Below are positions 44,531 through 58,865 of a stretch of 64,000 nt of DNA, piece by piece (position 1 is the first letter of the stretch; each line of letters begins with the position of its first letter). The DNA comes from Chrysomallon squamiferum. Lineage: Eukaryota; Animalia; Mollusca. The position numbers and the translations under genes are program-made. Below the pieces are notes generated by a model. It made no database searches and was not told the origin of the DNA. It worked only from the letters and a program-made list of their open reading frames with translations. The stretch covers positions 19,220,001-19,284,000 of the forward strand of contig CM022671.1 in NCBI GenBank assembly GCA_012295275.1, read 5' to 3'.

Positions 44531-47500
44531 ATGCCAGTTCATAAACTGAACTGTACAGCTGATCAGAGTAGTCAAAATATACCATCAAACTTAAAAATAA
44601 TTTCAGTATCAGAACTGAATATAGACTCAAAGTCATGTACAGATGTTATCAAGGTAATTTTTAAATTTTTTTTTTTTTTAATAAATAGATTCTTTTTTTT
44701 TATCACATTTAGTATGGAACATTTTTTCTGACATTTTTCTTTTCTATATCTGTCTTAATCATTTTAATTTAAAAGTTACAAAACAGCTTCTCTGGAATGT
44801 GTATTTTTAAATAGAAGACATTTTACAATAAATGCTACTGTGATATATTTTTTATTTAACTGTGTAAATTGTTCAAGGTGACTAAAATATTTATAGTGAT
44901 ATTTTATTTACCTATAGTTACATAAAGAAAAACTAATTTTTGGATGAGAAGTCTCCTTTTTGGACGAAACAACACTTATAATGTAGTTATTTCATTGGTT
45001 TCAAATTTAATTTGGAATCTAATGGTAATTCTAAACTGATTAAATACAGAGTTAAATACTTTAGTAATTATTTTTGCTTTGTCACACCAAATATATACTA
45101 TTTAAATATTTATGGTATGTCATTATGTCTATTTAATCAAATACAATTATGCAAATTCTTTTATAACTAATAACCTTTTTTTCTTCTTTTTTTGGCCGTT
45201 TCTTTTATCAGGGCAAAATTCGTATTAGATGGCCTCTTCAGAAAAGAAAATCTAGCCAGCATTTTAAATTTGTGTTAGAAGATGGTAATAGTAATACTGT
45301 TTTATTGAGATTAATATGGAAATATTATAAAGTATGTGGTAAATGTGTTTTTGGTAACTGTGGTAAACTTAGAAATCACATATCTTATAAACCTATGTAA
45401 TTATTTATTATTTTGGGTTTTGAGTTTTGCATGTTCACAAAGTTTATGATGGCATTATTATCAAGTATGATAAAATGCCTAAATTCGAGAAGTTCCAAAC
45501 CTTAGAATTGTCATTATTGTTCTCTCCAGTTTATTTAATAATTATTTAGTTTCAATAACAAACAATATTTATTATTTTACTGAGAATGGTATAATGCTGC
45601 TTTTATTTTTTCATTTTTCATTTTAGTTAGCAATTCATCTGTTAATGTTTTTGTATTTGGAGCAATTGCTGATGACTTGAATTTTTGCAAGGAAAATGTA
45701 AGTTGAATAAAGAAATAATTTGTGATCTCACTGGCTTGCACAAGCAGATTTTATTTTTGAGGTGTAATATGGAAATATAAATAAATACTAGGCAATTGAT
45801 TTTAATTGAAGGAATAAACAAAATAAAAGTGGTTTTTTGTTTAACATTAAAAAATAAGAAAAATGAAATAATTGAATAAACTATTAAATTTGTTTTTTTA
45901 GGATATACTGATATTGTCTGATTATCATTTGGCAAAGAATTGCCATACAGCAACATCTCCACATAAATATCACATTGAAATTGATACATCATCAACAGTA
46001 TGGGTGAGATAACTGTTCCAGAATTATTTTTCTTCACTCTTTTTAATAATCCAAGTAAATATTTTTTCTTTTACCTAAGACAAAATATTTCTACAGTTGT
46101 GAAGGACAAATAATAATTGTTTCAAACTTTTTTATTACTTTAAAAACTGTACACTTACTTTAATACCAAACAAATAAAATAATGATTTTTTTTATTTGAT
46201 ATTTTTGTTTTTCAAATTCTTCGATTTCCACATTCCGAATTTGAACTTTATTCAGTCTTCACTGATAAATACATTTGTACATTAATATTTCGATTAAAAA
46301 ATTAATAATATACATTAATATTATACAAAAATGAAGATATTCTTACTTATTTTTAAGGTATTTTAATTGATGTATAGGTGATATTTCATTTCAGGTTGTT
46401 GATTCTGGTGGATCCACAACAGCAACTGCAGTAAGTGTTCCTCATGGAGGATCACAGTTAACTGTAAGAGGGTTTTCAGTTTTGTCTCTGTTTCTTGATA
46501 TAATATTAACATGTAATTTAGGTATGAATGATAACAAATCAATTTTCTTTTCATATTTTAGAAATCAAAATACACATACACTTTACTGAAAGACTTAAAA
46601 ATGAACACAACAGTTGATGTGTATGCTGTAATCAAATTTATGAAACCTGTGAGGAAATCAAGAGGAACAGGTTAGTAAATTATGATAATAAATTTCTATT
46701 TGTTTTTAATCAAGTTTTAAAAATATTGTTTGTTTTTTTGGTTTTTTTTGCTTTGAGAATTTGGATTAATTCTTTCAGTTGTTAAAAGCATAATCTTAAC
46801 AAAGACCTGTAAATGAGGTGAAATTAATAAAAAAAAAAAGGTTTTTATATAATTCTTCTTCTAATCATAAATAGTTTAATATTTTGTGGATTGTTTGCTT
46901 TAAGAATTTGGATTAATTATTTCACTCTTATCAAGGACCTACACATTTTTTATTTGAAAATTTAAAATGAACAAAAACAAAATATCTGTATAATAAGAAT
47001 TTGGATTAATTGTTTCACTCTTATCAAGGACCTACACATTTTTTATTTGAAAATTTAAAATGAACAAAAACAAAATGTTTGTATAATAATAATTATATAT
47101 TACTGTTAGATTATTATTTTATTCATAACCACTATTTAATTAACAATAATTACAATAATTAGTGAATTCAGTGTTTGGAATATAGCACTGAATTCATAAT
47201 TAGCATACAGCTTGTATTTCCAAGCAGAGTTTAATGAGTTAAAATCAGTACAATACACATTAGATTTAATATTTTGTTATGTTGATCATCTTAGAAATAT
47301 TTATCACATAAATTCATTTTAAAAACCACACAAGATATACAAAGTTCATTTTTGATCTTGGTATCAGTTTTTTACTTTGTAATGTTTTTAATTTTAATTT
47401 TTCAGATTATATGATATTTTTAAGTTTAATTGATCCATCATTGACTGACAGCAAAATTAAGTGTCTTCTGTTTGCTAACTCTGCTTCCAGGCTTCCACCA

Positions 47501-50500
47501 GCAGAGGTGGGAAATGTCATCAGATTACACAGACTCAAGGTGAAAAAAATCCCTTACTCTTCTTATTATGTATTCATTTTTGCTATCTGTCTGTTCATAT
47601 TACATCAGACATATCTGCATGTACAAATAGCTTAAACTATTTTGTTTTCTTCTAAGTTAATTAATTTTATTGATGACAAGCTTTGTTAATGATAAAGTAT
47701 AACAATAAAATACCAAGCTTGTAAGATCCATGATGGCTGATGTTTTAAAAACATTTTTGTTGTGATATCATTTTATAGAATTTCTGATGAAATGAAAATG
47801 AGCCAGGTTTTGCAGTGATTTAATCAATATGCCAGGTATTTGTTTAGCTAAGCTGATAATTATGCTGAATTTAACACACATCTAATGACAGTTATTTTTT
47901 ATATTTTCAGATAACCAAATACAATGATGAATTTCAGGGACAGAATGGTCCTGGTTTTTCTTGGTTACTTTTTAAAAGCCCTGATCGAAGTGAATCAAAT
48001 CCAGTCTCTTCATCTGCTATTTTTACATATACTGACAGTGATCAGAAAAAGGTACAGATAAATTTACCTCTCAAAAGAAATATTAACATTGCATCTATAA
48101 TATTCCCAAGTTCTTTAAGTTCTGGTATTTGCTTTTATTTGTACCATAACATTTAAAATTTATTATATCTTATTTTCATATTTATCGTAGCATTATCAAT
48201 TTATTAAATTACTTGTTTCTTTTTATTTATGTACTAGATTTAATATTCATAAAGCTAAAACATATCATAATCATTAACCCCCCACCAAAAATACCTATTT
48301 TTATACTCTGGAACATAATTGATTATAAATAAATCCTTTTGGAAAGAAAGAAGATATAATAATCATAAAACAAAATACATATTTTTATACTCTGGAACAT
48401 AATTGATTATAAATAAATCCTTTTGGAAAGAAAGAAGATATAATAATCATAAAACAAAATACATATTTTTATATTAACATATTGATTAAAATAAATCCTT
48501 TTGGAAAGAAAGAAGATATAATAATCATCATTTGTAATGCAAAACTGTATACACAAAATTTGGCTTTGTATTCCATGCATGTACACACACACATTTATCT
48601 ATCTATGTATATTTATCAAACTAATATATATTCTATGGAGAAAAATAATTTGAAGAGTACTTTTGCCATGCCTGGTAATCTGTTGGTACAGTTAAGATGT
48701 AATAACCACAAAACTGTTTTCAGGTTGAGGAGCTGTTTGCATGGTTTAACAGCAGAGATAATCTCAGTCAACCAACATCCTGCACACTGGCTGGTGTAAA
48801 ACCTCAGCTGTATTTTGATTTTGTTTGTCAGGTTTGTACAAGCCAAATTTGGTATCCCAAAAATTTAATATTGTTTAGGTTGTTTTTCTGTATTTAGAAA
48901 AGAGAGTGATGTGATAGTGTTTTGAATGAATACTTGTAATGTGAAGGTTGATACTTACCTAGTATATAACAAATTTTGGAAGGAAAATAATTATTAGCTA
49001 AAATCATAATCCCAAAATTGAGATAACTAATAATAAAATATAAAATAAAGTTATTGTAAAAAGAAGGGTGTAGAAAGATTGTATAAGTATAATCTGATTG
49101 TGTGTATGGATGTTTTAGATTAATATATGTTTATTTTTTGTATTTTAATTGTGATTTGTTACTTCTCTTATAGGTGGTCAGTACATCAGTGATAGAGGAA
49201 AAGGTTTGCTTTTTACTTCAAGTATGGGACGGTACAAGAAATGTTTAGTAAGTTGCTGTTAACATTTTCACATCTGTATGAGGTTAATAATGTTTAAGGT
49301 TTTTTTTTCTTGGTATAGGTCAGAGTAACTCATTTTTAGATTGGTGTCATTAGATCTTCATTTATCTAGGATTTCAACCATTCTGGTAATAATAATCTTA
49401 ATATTTGTTTTGAAGGTCATATATTCAGTTGAACATTTTCACATCTGTATGAGGTTAATAATTTTTAAGTTTTTTTTTTCTTGGTATAGGTCAGAGTAAC
49501 TCATTTTTAGATTGGTGTCATTAGATCTTCATTTATCTAGGATTTCAACCATTCTGGTAATAATAATCTTAATATTTGTTTTGAAGGTCATATATTCAGT
49601 TGAAAGTAAAGCTGATCTCCAGTATCATTTTCTCCATGGTCAAACACTTAACATCTATCCATTCATCCATAAACTAGTTCAGTTATAATAAAAAATAAAT
49701 TTATTATTTTATTTCAGCCCAGTACGCCAGATGGATGTTGATGCTGATAAATCTAAAACCCAGACATCAGAAACATTGATGAAGAAAGCAGATGGTTTTA
49801 TAGTGGATGTGTGTCTTTATGAGGATCATTTTGTTGCAGGAGAAACTATAAATGTATGTTCCTCAGAATTTATTTGAAAACTTAGGTAGTGATAAATATT
49901 GATTTGAAAAAAAACGATAAAAAAAATATAGAGCATATTTCTAATGTGATTTTGGTCCATAAATGCTGTATCAAAATTATGATACATCCTTCTCTTATCT
50001 ATGGAAAGTGTACGAAATGATTGCTTGCTGGAAACCAATGAAAAAAATTAGTTCTTTTTCATAAGTAGTGATTTTTATTTACAGCCAGGAGATTTCATAA
50101 AGCTGTTTAATCTTCATGCTGCAGAGTATAAGAAGGTGCAAATTATTGATGACAGTCCATCCTTACCAACTATAGAATTATGTCTTCATCGAGGGACTTC
50201 ATTTGGACGTGGTGTTATTAAACTGAACTCCAGTAGTGATGAAGTAAAAACTCTTTCTGAAAGACTCGATGCTGTTGGGGCAGAGCCAGAACCTATGGAA
50301 ATAGAAAAAGAAAATGATAATAATGGTTAGAAACTGATATTATCATTATTATTATTATTATTGATTTATTTTATAGTTTTTGAAAAATATTTTCATTTTT
50401 AAAATAATGTTAAAATAGTGTTGTATTCTGATTTGCAGAAAGACAGCATTCTCAGAATGAAGCATATATTTCTGATTTGAATACAAATTCGCCAAATGAA

Positions 50501-52975
50501 GTCTGTGTTAGTTTGCCTTGTACTAGCTCAGAAAACAGATGTATGCAGGAGACGGCAACAGGTGATGGTTGTTCCACATTATTCTAAAGCTGCTTGAACA
50601 GTGTTGTCAAAAGGACTGTAGAACTGTTATTTTAATAATCATATTAATTAAACATTTTGTATAGTTGCCATAAAAACAGAAACAAATTTAATTACATCAG
50701 GATCCAAATGTTATTGATAAATTGAAATTTCAAAATATTGGAAAAACAGTATCAATATATATACACAACATCCTCCAGATTTGGATTTAAAAAAAATAAT
50801 CTCACTATTAATTGGAAAAACAGTTGTCACCAATTTCACCACATCTGACATATGTATGCACACACAAACACATTACATTATTGTGAAATTGTATGTCATC
50901 TTATTATATTTTCAGTAATTACTGGCCATCATCATATAAAACGGACAAAAATTGGAGACGTTTTACAACATGATGTACCATATAAATTTCGAATTCAAGC
51001 CAAAGTGCTAAAGATTCAACCAGATTCTCCCACTGATTTCATCAAGTTATTCTGTCCACACTGCAAACACTTGTGAGCTTGACCAAATATTTTCTTACAT
51101 TCTGGACTGTTTTGGTTTGACAAACTATAAAAGTGAATTTTTTGGCTATGAATTTATCACCAAGATGCAGTTTGTAATGAACTACTGATACTGACTGAAA
51201 TGATCCTGATCATGATTCATTTTGTGTTACTTTTGTCATTCTAACATAAAAAAGTTATTTTACAACATAAATTTGTATTTAAAGTTTTTATTTAGCATCT
51301 CAGAGCTTTCCATTAAGATAGTTATGTTACATTATCTGGAATAAAACCATTTTGCTCTTGTCTAATAATAATGTTTAATTTCTGAAACAGTCCTAATCAA
51401 CATTTATTGAATAACTGTACCAGCAATAAAGAACAGAAATAACTGGAAATCAGTATTCTCGGTTACTAACAGAATAACTGAAACTGACATTACCAAATAT
51501 TCCTTAGCATTAAATTATTGTAAGTGAAATTAGTGTTATCAAATAATCCTTGCTTCTAATGTAGAAAAACTGAATCCAGTGTTACCAAATATTCATTACT
51601 ACTAATACTGATATTACTCATATTCCTTACTGCTAATAAAGAATAACTGAAACCAGTGTTATCAAATATCCCTTAGTATTACATTTATAGATAGCACTAT
51701 TCTGTAGAGTGTCCCAAATAAGTTGATAGAACTAGCTGGTATTATTTATATTACAGATGTTCTCCTGTTGATATACAGAATGCTGACAAACCAGCAGCAC
51801 ATCAAACACCAATAGAATCTAACTCGGACAACAGGTACTTATGATGGTAGCAAAAGTAATTATTCTGTATTTTTTTGTTTAAAATATTCACTAAATTATT
51901 TTGCTTTATCTGCATTAATTCCTGAAATGAAAAACTCTTACTGTAAGTTTATATATTAATTAATTTCACACTCTCTCTTTTCTTTATGCATTTATCATTT
52001 TTAAAAATAACTTTTCTGTTTAGTAGATAAAAGCCTCAGTAGTTGTTTCTGTACAAACTAAAATACAGTATTATTAACAGCCAGCAAAATTCTTAGATTT
52101 TTGTCTTTCCATTAAAATGATTCTTTATGAAATTTGCTCATACACACAGCCATACTTTTGTAATGATTCAGAATTTTTCACAAAGGAATTTTGATGTCAA
52201 TTATTTTCACTACATGTTGTTAGACAAATATTTTGTTATTTCAGAACCTTTATGGAACTGATGGAAAATCTGCCGTCATCTGAGAGCCAAACTTCATCTC
52301 CTCCTTCATGTCCTAAGTGCAGTAAACACCAAGGTAGGCAATATTTTATTGCCTCATTTGAATTACATGCAAAATTTAATATTTTTAGTGAAAACTGGTG
52401 AAAAACTGCATACTAATGATACACCTGTTTGACTTTATGCTAAATTATGATTTAAGTCTAATTATTTTCTATTTGATTTATTTGTAGACAGTTCATTATT
52501 CTTGGAATATACATACATGATGCAGCTTTTGTTGAATGATGGAACAGGTTCTCTCACAGCAAATTTATGGAGACAGAATGCAGTAAGACATTTTTTGTAC
52601 CCTCCAGGAAACTGATGTTTTATTCCATGACCTCTTTGCATTTTTTAAAAATTAAAAAGCTACAAAGTCTGATCTCAAACTGTTCAATTCTAATGTAATA
52701 TTAGATTATGTATTTAAATTTTAAGGTTTGAAAAAATATAATGAAATGTCTTTATAATTTGAAGATTTTCTGGATTTAATTTTCAGGTAACATTTTTCAA
52801 AGATATTCGGCCAGAAGATGTGGTAAACAATCTTTCAAACCAGGCAGAAATAACACAGCTACTTTCTCAGTTATCTCCCAGTGACAAGACACACCCATGG
52901 CTTGAATGCTGTGTTTGTTCTTACACAGGACATTCTGGTGTATGCTACCAGATATTTGACACAACAGTTGCTTAG
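44531..52975 (+). CDS. POT1: Protection of telomeres protein 1, with an N-terminal extension
   Basis: About 18 exons splice in frame. OB1 KYTYTLLKDLKMNTTVDVYAVIKFMKP..SRGTDY...GNVIRLHRLK, OB2 YFDFVCQ..FLLQVWDGT..IELCLHRGTSFGRG, Zn ligands CPHC and CPKC, and the C-terminus PWLECCVCSY..VCYQIFDTTVA* (TAG 52973-52975). Confidence 0.95.
46901..47088. repeat. Tandem duplication, 93-bp unit x2 (POT1 intron)
   Basis: TAAGAATTTGGATTAATT..TCACTCTTATCAAGGACCTACAC... starts at 46901 and 46994; a partial decayed copy lies near 46755. Confidence 0.92.
48296..48528. repeat. Tandem repeat, 84-bp unit x ~2.8 (POT1 intron)
   Basis: Unit TATTTTTATACTCTGGAACATAATTG...CCTTTTGGAAAGAAAGAAGATATAATAATCAT starts at 48296, 48380 and ~48464. 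Confidence 0.92.
49261..49604. repeat. Tandem duplication, ~171-bp unit x2 (POT1 intron)
   Basis: AACATTTTCACATCTGTATGAGG...ATATTCAGTTG starts at 49261 and 49432; the copies are nearly identical. Confidence 0.95.
51462..51680. repeat. Degenerate minisatellite, ~45-bp unit (POT1 intron)
   Basis: About five decayed copies of GAATAACTGAAACCAGTGTTACCAAATATTCCTTA. Confidence 0.7.
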
Positions 52976-55900
52976 CTATTGTACATATTATTAAATGCAT
53001 TACTTATAACAGGTTAAATAATATTCATGTGCATTAGGCTATTTAAACTGAAAAAACAAAAACATAACACTTGTGTTTAATATCATGATATATTTTCAAA
53101 AACCACAAAGTTAACAAATATGTTCTGTATTTTACATTCCAAACTGAAAAAAATTATTGAGAAAAATTAAAATCAGAAACAGTAAAAAAAAATGTATTTT
53201 GACCAGTGTACCTGACTGGAATTCTTAATTAAAAAACGAAAAAATTCTTATTGCCTTAGTCATCCTTTATTTAAAATGTATTGTGTTTAAAATGAAATGC
53301 ATTCATAAATCAACAAGAAACTTGAAACTGCAGTGCAAGAAAATAAGAATTAAAAAAACCCACATGTTTTTACCAGTTAGTGAACAAAAGCATTCGATAC
53401 CAAAAACTTACTTCTGTGGATAAAAACCATGACTTAAATGAACCAGAAAAAATGTCAATCTTTTAAAAGAATACAGTTTACCTAACTAATCTGCAAGAAA
53501 CAATTTCAAATGATGAATTATGAATAAACATTTATTGATTTTACATTTTTCTTTTAAATAGTATCAATAAATTAAAATATCATTGGCTGTGAAGCATGAA
53601 TAAGTAAACTGATAGGAAATTTAAAGGTGTCTTCTCATGTTCAAGCTGCATACATTATATTAAAGTACAACAGATTATTTTAATAAACATAAGGCTTGAA
53701 TATAATAACACTATAATCTAACAGATTTATTCACTGCAGTTTCCATTCATTTCTGACCAATCAAAATTCTGAAGGAAAAGATTTCGCACAAATCATACTG
53801 AAGAATGTGACTTTAGTACAAATGCTAGTTATATCTTGACCAGTAGCTGCCTGCTGCACAAACGTGTTGAGCTGTCCATCCACTCACACAATACGAGACT
53901 GCTGATTGTGACACAAAACACACACCAGTACATAGTTTAATATATTCTACAAATCACTTGTACAAAAAATTGGTTAACATTCACTTATTTGGGGGATAAA
54001 TTAATATACCAGAAGAATGTTCAATTTGATATGAATTTGTCAGCTTTAATAATAAGTGTAACTGATTTGTTTGTTGTTAGCAATACATAAAAGGGGTTTT
54101 AAAAAAATGACAAAATGTAAAAAACATTTCAGCTTAAGATGTCAAACTGAATTTTTATCGCATCCAGTTAATTTTTAAAATTAAAATTTTGGCAATCCAC
54201 ACAGGATTTTATTTGTATGTGTAAAATGTATATAATTTATTTTTATTTAAAGTCATAGTTTTCATAATTCTGCAAAATAATTCAATATATTTAATTTTTT
54301 AAATGGGGATAAAAATAACATGTTTAAAAAATGGAAACTGAGAGATAAAAGAATAAAAACAACAAAAATAATGTATCTATTTGCTTCTTTTAAGTTATAT
54401 AAAGAATAATTACTTCTGAAATATCTTCACCAAGTTACAAAACCTGTGTGCCTACCACTGTTCCCAACATACCAAATCAAACAAAAAAATTACACTCATC
54501 CAATTTTTGATGGAATGTATTTGTACTATTATTCAACATTCCTGTAAGGTTGAATATTATGCACCAACAAATATTAAACATTCATAAATATTTAATAAAT
54601 ACCAAAATATAGTTCTTGTAATGTTTTTTCAAAAAAAAAGGAATATTACAGTGTAACAAAAATTAACTATCACATACACACACAAAAAAAGCCCCAAACA
54701 ATATATAATTTATCAATGCATGATATGCAAAACAGAATTGGAGAAAATACTCATAAAAATGCATATTATGCTTGGTTTTTCACTTTTTCTTCAATAGAAT
54801 TGTATATCTAAAAATGATAAAAATTATATTTCGTCTCTAAATTTAAAAAAAGAAAAAAAAAAAAAAAGAAAGCAATCTTTAGCATTCTATTATATCGTGT
54901 GAATAATGCTTTACTATTTTATTATTTTTAACTCAATCATGGTAAGAATTACATTTGTACACAAACAGAAAATTAATATTTAAAATACACTGTTACAATA
55001 CATTATTTTGTGAATACCTTTTTAAGACTCCAAATACGGCTGTTAAATGAAATCTGTTACTGACCTTGCAAACAATAATTCCAGCACTACTTTTGATTTA
55101 AAAAAAAGAAGTAAAAATCTGTATTAAATATATTTTTATCATTTGGCCAAATCTGGTTTTGAAATAAACTGGATATACCATAGAAAAATGCAATGCTAAC
55201 AACAAATACATCTCTATATGTATATATATATAAAAAATTAATAATAATAATAATAATAATGATAAAAAAAAATGATTATCTATTCTAATCAGACTACAGA
55301 AGTAACTAAAAATGGGTTGGAAATAAAAAAACAATTAAAAAACCACCCAAATGGAACATTATAAAACTTCTGCACTTAGTTTGATTCTATCACTGAAAGT
55401 GAGTTGAATGTAAAGCTGGTTCAAAAACATGGTGCTTTTTCTTTAAATGTAAGAATATAATCAATATGTGGAGATGAATGAATGAATGAAAAAAGGACCT
55501 AAAAGGAAATTGTTTTTATATTTTAAACTTGATTATTACAAACTGGACGGATATGTGGACAGCAAACATCTGGAAAGAGATGGAGCAGGTATTTGTATTA
55601 AGTATGCTGCCAACTGAAGTGCTTATCAGTATGAATGTACTGAAGATACATGGTGATTCAATGTGAAACTTCATGTAGAAATGTCTTTGATGTATGACTG
55701 GTATTCTTTTTGTAAGTCCATAGATGTCAAAATATTTGTGATATTTTTAATATATAATTATTTTGCTTTTTATAATTCCTTTTCTATGAAAATGAAAAAA
55801 AAAAAGCTCGTACAAAACAAATATATTACTGTGTCAAGTAAGGATACAAATACATAATTTAAATCATCTTTGGTAAAGATTTATGGAATATTTAGTTTTA

Positions 55901-58865
55901 ACATGGGGCTTAGTATTTTTAAACAATTAACATTCATTAAAAACAGAACACAACCGTATCCATGATTTTTCTTCACATTCTTGAATATTTCTGAAAATCA
56001 TATAAAGCATTTGTCTAAAATTATGGAAATATATCTAATTGTGGATTATAAATACTCACAATGATTGGGGAATAACTATTTTAAGAGAGACCCTCCCTCA
56101 AACAAAAAAACAAAAAAGAAAACAAGTATAAAAAAGAATAAAAATGCTCTTTGAAATAAAAGATATAAACATAATTTGTGTTGTTACATGTGTTTGGCAG
56201 TGTGCAAATTATTTCAAACACACACAAAACAAAAAACAAACATCAGAACACTGGGGATCATGAAATTTAAAAACACATTCTCTCCATAATAGTGAAACAA
56301 CAGCTTTTGTAAAAATATTCACTGATGTGAAAAACAGAATTAGTTTCTCCACCAAAACTAATTTATCACAACTGTTGTATCTCTATGATACAGTTGCTGC
56401 TGATAACACTATGCATCAAAATAGTGTAAACAAAAAATTGCATGATCCCTAAATAAGATTTTTCATTATGTGTTACGTATCTGAAGCTTTCATTATCTAA
56501 TTGTTTGATGGATGTGTTGATCAAATCAAAATATCTGTACTACACCTTACACTGCAGAAAAGAACTATTCAGAACAAAAACAAAATCAATTAAAACAGGC
56601 TAACTACCAATAATATAATTATAACTAACATCATGCATTGAAAAAGGCTCAACATAAAATTTAAAGATTTCTCAAGATTATCTTTTTTTTAATATTTCAG
56701 ATTGTGATAAAATTATGCATATCTAAAATCATTTGATGAACAATTTGATATCTGTTAAATAATAACTTTTCAATTTTACATAAAACAAAATAACTATTAT
56801 TTGATAATCTGAGAAAAATGTTTAAAATTTACATGGCCTTATAAATGAAAGAAGAAAACATACGATAGCACTTAGATCAATACTGTGACATATTCGCAAT
56901 AGCACTGTCTTTTTTGAGCACATCATTTGCATACAAAACAAAATTTATAAAATAAAAATAAATAGAAACACCACAACAAAAATATTATGACAAGTTTAAA
57001 AAGGCTAATACACATTTTGTTTTTTCAGAATATATCTCTATAAAAAGCTACACAACTACATGCACCAATGGGATAACAATAAATAAAATAATTTCTTATA
57101 AAATCATTCATAACAGATTATAAATAATTTTATTAAATGCTTTTTAAAATATGCATATATTTCTTTTATGATATATATTTATATATGGCAGTGATTATAA
57201 GCTTGCAAAAACATATCTACAGAATATCCTTGCAGAATGCACAAAATTTTATTCTGTATTACAAGAATCCACTAAAATAAAATTTTAAAAAAAGAAACCC
57301 CAAAGACTGAAAATAATTACAATCAAATCCCTATCATAATTTATAGCATTGGTGATACATTGTGTTAAATATCTAATATATATTCTTAACAGAAAATCCA
57401 GTTTTTAACTATACTTAATTAAAGACATTTATCATCATAATGCAGTTACTTTAGGAAATATTCAGTGCCAGAAATTCTGAGCTTATCCTATCAATCTCCA
57501 GAGTACATTTTATATATAATAACATTGTTTCGCAATTTTAAACATTTTTTTTACTTCTTTAAATTATCTAAATAACTAACTACTTCAAAAGAGTGAAGAA
57601 AAAAATAATCTACATTAAGTTTTCTCTGTCTTTCCTTCTTTAAATTTTGTATTCAGTTATCATACTTACGGCCAATATAATCAAAATAATGAATATTATA
57701 TTTCTTTGAGAGCTACTGAATAACCAGCTGATTTTAAATACAATAACACGATAATACTGCAACTCAGTACCTTCAGGGCAGGATCAACCTTCCTCACTAA
57801 CTCATTTATTTTTCATTCCAACCAATGCCAAGACTGCTGTGACATAACTTTCATTTATTCACAACTATCAATTAGCTGTGTTGAAACATTGAAAAAAAAA
57901 AAATTAATAATATAAACAAAAAGATTTCTTTTTAATTATCTAAATATTTTGTGATAAATGCACAACCAGGGATGTAATTAGATGAAAAATTTTGAATTAG
58001 GAAATGCATTTCAGGAAGATAAAAACCATAACAGTTCAATAAAGGATAAGATTTAAATTTCCAGCACTGAAACATTGCCTATATCCAGTAAATGTAAATT
58101 ATTTCAAACTTTAAGAAAATGTTATTTTTTTTAGCAAAATATTTTGATTGTTTTTTGTTTTTTTTACTAAGTATTATATAATCTGTGTATGTATAATAAC
58201 ATGTATATTGACTATTATTGTTTACAATGAAATCTATATATTAAAAATACAGAAGTGGGATGATGGTTCTTTTTAAAAAAAGTTAAAAAAGAGAAAAAAG
58301 AGAACAAATTATCATGCATATAAATAATAGTTAATATCAAAATTCTTGTATAAAAATATATCTCCAGTCACAGACATCCTGGTTTTTAAGACTTTGCATA
58401 TTAAGAACACAATGGCAGTGTTTGCGAGTGAGATCATATGGTTTGATGTAGTTCTTCACCCTAAAAATACAAAATATATTAAGTTAGCGACTGCTTCGTT
58501 AATAGAGCATAAGTATTACATTTTAGTTGTAATTAATGGTGTACATAATCATACATGCACACAAACACACATACACATAGTTGATTACACTTTGTTTACA
58601 GAATCTGTCATTTATATGCATTTTCTGATGCTGCACCCTATCTTCTGCTATCATAACAGTACAAAATGTGTCTGTGTGCATGCATTTATATATATATATA
58701 TATATATATGATAGGTGTGTGTGTATGGCTCCATAAAAATTTAGCTTCAGGAACTTCTTGTTTTACTTTTTGGGTTAAACAGAAACCAAACACAATACCC
58801 ACAATTTAATCATTTTATATAGCCAATATTAATATGAAGATAAAAGTTTACTTTTTAAATAAATA

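Noticed and set aside
45642-46037. 131-aa minus-strand ORF
   Set aside because: Antisense to two POT1 exons plus AT-rich intron; no protein-like features.
46901-51680. Repeats as a CRISPR-like array
   Set aside because: Head-to-tail duplications without unique spacers, in eukaryotic introns, with no cas genes.
53523-53536. AATAAA-CA-TTTATT as a bidirectional poly(A) signal for convergent POT1/HBP1
   Set aside because: Plausible, but a near-identical motif occurs inside a METAP2 intron (~43315), so chance in AT-rich DNA cannot be excluded.
58346-58711. 121-aa plus-strand ORF
   Set aside because: Antisense to the HBP1 3' region, non-ATG start, partly microsatellite-derived, no recognisable motif.
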